Shown here: positions 36,759 through 40,618 of the stretch, piece after piece
Layout: the number at the start of each line of letters is the position of its first letter
Position numbering within the stretch: position 1 is the first letter of the stretch
From: a virus
Taxonomy: Duplodnaviria > Heunggongvirae > Uroviricota > Caudoviricetes
Virus record (IMG/VR): IMGVR_UViG_2718218168_000006
Length of the DNA stretch: 40,618 nucleotides
Reading direction: 5' to 3' (one strand)
Notes under the pieces: generated by a model
What the model was told of the DNA's origin: nothing
Databases searched by the model: none
What the model saw: the letters and a program-made list of their open reading frames with translations, nothing else
Position numbers and translations under genes: made by a program

Positions 36759-39200
36759 ATGAGCACTGATAAAGAAGAATTTGCACTATATTGCGAAGCA
36801 AAAAATGACAAAGTAAGAAAACGCCTGGGAATTAAAGGTGGTTTTTACTGGACTACAGCAAAAAAATTATCTGTTGCAATCTCCCGCTGCATTACCGCAA
36901 TGGATGACAACGATTATGATGAAGACGACTTTAAAAAACCCGTCCGCGTCAATTTGCCCGTTGTTGACGACCTTCCGCCAGAAGGCGTGTTTGATACTGA
37001 ATTCTGCAACCGCTATGAAAAAGGCGGGAAAGATGGCATCACAATGACATTTATCGGCCCTTCCCCCTCTGTTCAGGACAAACCAGCCAGCACTGACAAT
37101 ACCAACATCAACGGCGAAGACATGACTGAGATTGAGGAGAGCATGCTTCTGCCTGTCTCCGGTCAGGAACTGCCCATTCGTTGGCTTGCTCAACACGGCA
37201 GCGAAAAACCAGTAACGCACGTTTCACGCGACGAACTCCAGGCATTACACATTGCACGGGCTGAAGAACTACCGGCTGTTACTGCCCTGGCTATTTCGCA
37301 TAAAACCAGTCTGCTCGACTCGCTGGAGATTCGCGACCTCCACAAACTGGTTCGTGACACTGACAAAGTTTTCCCTAATCCTGGTAATTCAGACCTGGGA
37401 CTAATAACTGCTTTTTTCGAAGCATACCTGGACGCTGACTACACTGATCGGGGTCTGCTGACAAAAGAGTGGATGAAAGGAAATCGTGTTTCACGCATCA
37501 CCCGCACGGCTTCCGGTGCTAATGCTGGCGGTGGGAACAAAACCGATCGCAATCCGAATTTAGTACACACCCTCGACACACTGGATGTGGAGATTGCAGC
37601 AGCCACACTTCCGATGGATTTTAATATTTATGAAATTCCGGGCAGCGTTTATCGTCGCGCAAAAGAAGTAGTCCTGAACAAAGAAAGTCCGTTCAAAGAA
37701 TGGTCCGCAGCACTTCGTGCAACCCCGGGTATTCTGGACTATTCCCGCGCCGCTATTTTTGCACTTATCCGAAGCGCACACCCTGAATTTTATCACTACC
37801 CGGGACGCCTTCAGGGGTATATCAACGCCTATTTGACGGAAACTGATCACGAGAACCCCAGCAAGGAAACTCTCACAGCTGCCCGGCATACGCCGGAAAA
37901 AGATATCCTGGAAGAAATTAACCGCGAGGTGGTTACTGAGCGTGAAACAGAAGAAGAAAAACCACAACCATCTGACGCAATGGCAGGTGAACAGGCAACA
38001 ACTGAAACAATGGAACCGGATACAACTGAACATGGCCAGAACGCGCAGTCGCTGGATGCTCAGTCGCAGGTGAGTTCCGCTAACCAAGTAAAAGTCACCG
38101 CTGACGAAGTAAACAAAATTATGCAGGCAGCCAATATCAGCCAGCCTGACGCCGATAAGTTACTTGCTGTATCGCGTGGTGAATTTGTTGAGGGGATTAG
38201 CGACCCTAATGATCCGAAATGGGTCAAGGGGATCCAGACTCGCGATTCTGTGAACCAGAACCAGCATGAATCGGAACGGAACGACCAAAAAGCGGAACAA
38301 AACAGCCCAAATGCGTTACAAAACGAGCCAGAAACGAAACAATCCGAACCAGTAGCGCAACAGGAACCGGAAAAAGTCTGCACCGCCTGCGGTCAGAGCG
38401 GTGGCGGCAACTGCCCTGATTGTGGCGCGGTGATGGGCGACGCAACATACCAGGAAACATTCGATGAAGAGAATCAGGTTGAAGTTCAGGAAAATGATCC
38501 GGAGGAAATGGAAGGCGCTGAACATCCACACAAGGAGAATGCTGGCAGCGCTCAGGACCACGCCAGCGATAGTGAAACTGGCGAGACAGCAGATCCCTTA
38601 ATTGCGGTGAACGGTCATCACGTTATCACATCCACCAGCAGAGTGCGGCACCACCTGATGATCGACCTTGAAACCATGGGAAAAAATCCCGACGCCCCGA
38701 TTATCTCATTAGGTGCAATATTTTTCGATCCGCAGACCGGAGAGATGGGGCCGGAGTTTAGCAAGACCATCGATCTGGATACTGCTGGCGGAGTCATTGA
38801 TCGTGACGTCATTAAATGGTGGCTTAAGCAATCACGTGAGGCGCAATCTGCCATTCTGACCGATGAAATTCCGTTAGATGATGCACTACTGCAATTGCGG
38901 GAATTTATAGATGAAAACTCCTGTGGATTTTATGTTCGAGTCTGGGGAAATGGAGCCAACTTCGACAACGTAATTTTACGCCGTTCATATGAACGACAGG
39001 GCATCCCCTGCCCGTGGCGCTACTGCAACAATCGCGATGTACGCACAATTGTTGAACTGGGAAATTCCATTGGCTTTGATGTCAGAATGACTATTCCATT
39101 CGAAGGTGTACCTCACAATGCACTCGATGATGCACGCCACCAGGCAAAACAAGTTTCAGCAATCTGGCAAAAACTGATCCCGAGTCAGGCTGATTTTTAA
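36759..39200 (+). CDS. large exonuclease protein: long acidic N-terminal region plus C-terminal DnaQ-like (DEDDh) 3-prime to 5-prime exonuclease domain
   Basis: 813 aa ORF; C-terminus has HLMIDLETMG, WGNGANFDNVIL and HNALDDARHQAKQ motifs typical of DEDDh exonucleases; a CxxC..CxxC cluster (CTACGQSGGGNCPDCG). Confidence 0.75.
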   Translation: MSTDKEEFALYCEAKNDKVRKRLGIKGGFYWTTAKKLSVAISRCITAMDDNDYDEDDFKKPVRVNLPVVDDLPPEGVFDTEFCNRYEKGGKDGITMTFIGPSPSVQDKPASTDNTNINGEDMTEIEESMLLPVSGQELPIRWLAQHGSEKPVTHVSRDELQALHIARAEELPAVTALAISHKTSLLDSLEIRDLHKLVRDTDKVFPNPGNSDLGLITAFFEAYLDADYTDRGLLTKEWMKGNRVSRITRTASGANAGGGNKTDRNPNLVHTLDTLDVEIAAATLPMDFNIYEIPGSVYRRAKEVVLNKESPFKEWSAALRATPGILDYSRAAIFALIRSAHPEFYHYPGRLQGYINAYLTETDHENPSKETLTAARHTPEKDILEEINREVVTERETEEEKPQPSDAMAGEQATTETMEPDTTEHGQNAQSLDAQSQVSSANQVKVTADEVNKIMQAANISQPDADKLLAVSRGEFVEGISDPNDPKWVKGIQTRDSVNQNQHESERNDQKAEQNSPNALQNEPETKQSEPVAQQEPEKVCTACGQSGGGNCPDCGAVMGDATYQETFDEENQVEVQENDPEEMEGAEHPHKENAGSAQDHASDSETGETADPLIAVNGHHVITSTSRVRHHLMIDLETMGKNPDAPIISLGAIFFDPQTGEMGPEFSKTIDLDTAGGVIDRDVIKWWLKQSREAQSAILTDEIPLDDALLQLREFIDENSCGFYVRVWGNGANFDNVILRRSYERQGIPCPWRYCNNRDVRTIVELGNSIGFDVRMTIPFEGVPHNALDDARHQAKQVSAIWQKLIPSQADF

Positions 39201-39261
39201 TGTTCAACCATCGCCAGTTGTAGTTGGTATTCTGCAACTGGCGTGTTCCGGAGTGATAACC

Positions 39262-39531
39262 ATGAGCGAACAGTACCTGATAACGCTCGATGAGTGGAAA
39301 CCCAAACGGTTCAGTCTCCCAATAACAAACACTACCCTAGTGAAATACGGAAAACTTGGATACATCGTACCAAGACCACAAAAAATTCGTGGACGTTGGC
39401 TGATAGATCGCCGGGCAGTATTTGTTGGACCTGGTGAAACGGGAATTGCGCCGGAAATTCATACTGGCGATGATGATGCACTGAAGGAGATTTTAACTCA
39501 TGTCACCGAGGCCACGAAAAAACAGCACTGA
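39262..39531 (+). CDS. xis: excisionase-like protein
   Basis: Small ORF immediately upstream of and overlapping int; ATG at about 39262 after GGAG. Confidence 0.6.
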   Translation: MSEQYLITLDEWKPKRFSLPITNTTLVKYGKLGYIVPRPQKIRGRWLIDRRAVFVGPGETGIAPEIHTGDDDALKEILTHVTEATKKQH

Positions 39532-40618
39532 CGTAGCCGGTCTTTACGAAAAGTTTGATCGCAGAACTGGCAGAGTTTACTACCAGTATAAAAACCCTGT
39601 GACTGGAAAATTTCACGGACTCGGAACAGACAAAGGTAAGGCGGAAAAAATCGCTTCCACAGCCAATCAGCGAATAGCTGCAGCAGAAGCTGAATATTTC
39701 ATGCGCAAAATTGATGAAAGTCCGTCAGCAACAAAACGTCGGGGTATCAGATTAAAGGCATGGGTTGATCGATATCTGAAAATACAGGACACGCGACTGA
39801 AAAATGGAGATATTGCAGCTACAACTCACAAAGAAAAAACCCGAATGGCTGCATACCTGGTTTCCCGTCTGGGAAACCACCCATTGAAAGAACTGGAAGT
39901 AAGAGACTTTGCATTAATACTGGATGAGTGGCTGGATAAAGACATGGTCAGCACAGCGAGAGTAAATCGTGGATTATGGGTTGATATTTATAAAGAAGCA
40001 CAGCATGCAGGGGAAGTTCCTCCTGGATGGAATCCTCCGGAGGCTACCCGTAAACCGATCCCTAAAGTAACCAGAGCCAGGCTCACCATGGAAGACTGGC
40101 AAAAAATTTACAATGCAACGCCTGAAAAACACTTTATCCGTAACGCAATGCTTCTTGCGATTGTTACTGGTCAGCGCCGTGATGACATTTGCCACATGCG
40201 TTTTTCAGATGTGTGGAACGAACACTTGCATATCACCCAGGGAAAAACCGGAATGCGTCTGGCGTTACCGCTTACACTACGATGTGATGCCATTGGGATA
40301 ACGTTAAAAGAAGTTATTGATGGGTGCCGAGACAGAATATTAAGTCCATATCTAATCCATAGTCGGCACCAGAAACAACCGAAGCCGATGAGTAAAGACA
40401 ACCTGAGCGACTACTTTGCCAAAGCACGGGATCTGGCTGGGATAATTCCACCAGCAGGAAAAACTCCGCCAACATTTCATGAACAACGCTCTCTATCAGA
40501 ACGGCTGTACCGTGCACAGGGTATTGATACAAAAACATTACTAGGACATAAAGTCCAGGCAACCACCGATCGCTATAACGATACTCGAGGTCAGGAATGG
40601 GTTAAGTTGGTTATTTGA
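39500..40618 (+). CDS. int: tyrosine integrase (lambda Int family)
   Basis: 372 aa ORF with AAGGAG RBS; C-terminal catalytic region ..LLGHKVQATTDRYNDTRGQEWVKL.. (Tyr in DRY context as in lambda Int); stop is the last base of the window. Confidence 0.9.
   Translation: MSPRPRKNSTDVAGLYEKFDRRTGRVYYQYKNPVTGKFHGLGTDKGKAEKIASTANQRIAAAEAEYFMRKIDESPSATKRRGIRLKAWVDRYLKIQDTRLKNGDIAATTHKEKTRMAAYLVSRLGNHPLKELEVRDFALILDEWLDKDMVSTARVNRGLWVDIYKEAQHAGEVPPGWNPPEATRKPIPKVTRARLTMEDWQKIYNATPEKHFIRNAMLLAIVTGQRRDDICHMRFSDVWNEHLHITQGKTGMRLALPLTLRCDAIGITLKEVIDGCRDRILSPYLIHSRHQKQPKPMSKDNLSDYFAKARDLAGIIPPAGKTPPTFHEQRSLSERLYRAQGIDTKTLLGHKVQATTDRYNDTRGQEWVKLVI

Overview
This window is almost entirely one lambdoid prophage, about 40.6 kb, ending at the stop codon of a tyrosine integrase (39500..40618, +). 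It is mosaic. From the right: int/xis, a large DnaQ-like exonuclease gene, small early genes, a cI-like repressor (+), then on the minus strand a cro-like YdaS/YdaT pair, an O-like replication initiator carrying iterons, a nin-like region (orphan methyltransferase, hok-like toxin, lipoprotein, DUF968, RusA, QuuD-like Q), four tightly packed tRNAs, a phage-21-type lysis cassette, HNH plus small and large terminase, HK97-type portal/protease/capsid, and a lambda-type tail (V, G/GT, H, M, L, K, I, J, lom, stf, tfa). The strongest candidate for an undescribed system is an AT-rich, three-gene plus-strand operon (25642..27156) inserted convergently between Q and the tRNA/lysis region; its products are one ~290 aa protein with a Gly-rich hydrophobic core and two small membrane proteins, none of which I recognise. 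A second candidate is an orphan methyltransferase followed by two tiny hyper-acidic proteins (possible anti-restriction module). At least five phage genes (I, H, G, small terminase, Q) are split by single-base frameshifts in the ORF track, and each join appears to fall at a short C-run on the + strand; this looks more like homopolymer sequencing error than decay, but I cannot distinguish them here. Hand-derived coordinates may be off by 1-2 nt, and my homopolymer-length counts are read by eye; ORF-track coordinates are used wherever possible. No CRISPR array, IS element or stx gene was seen.
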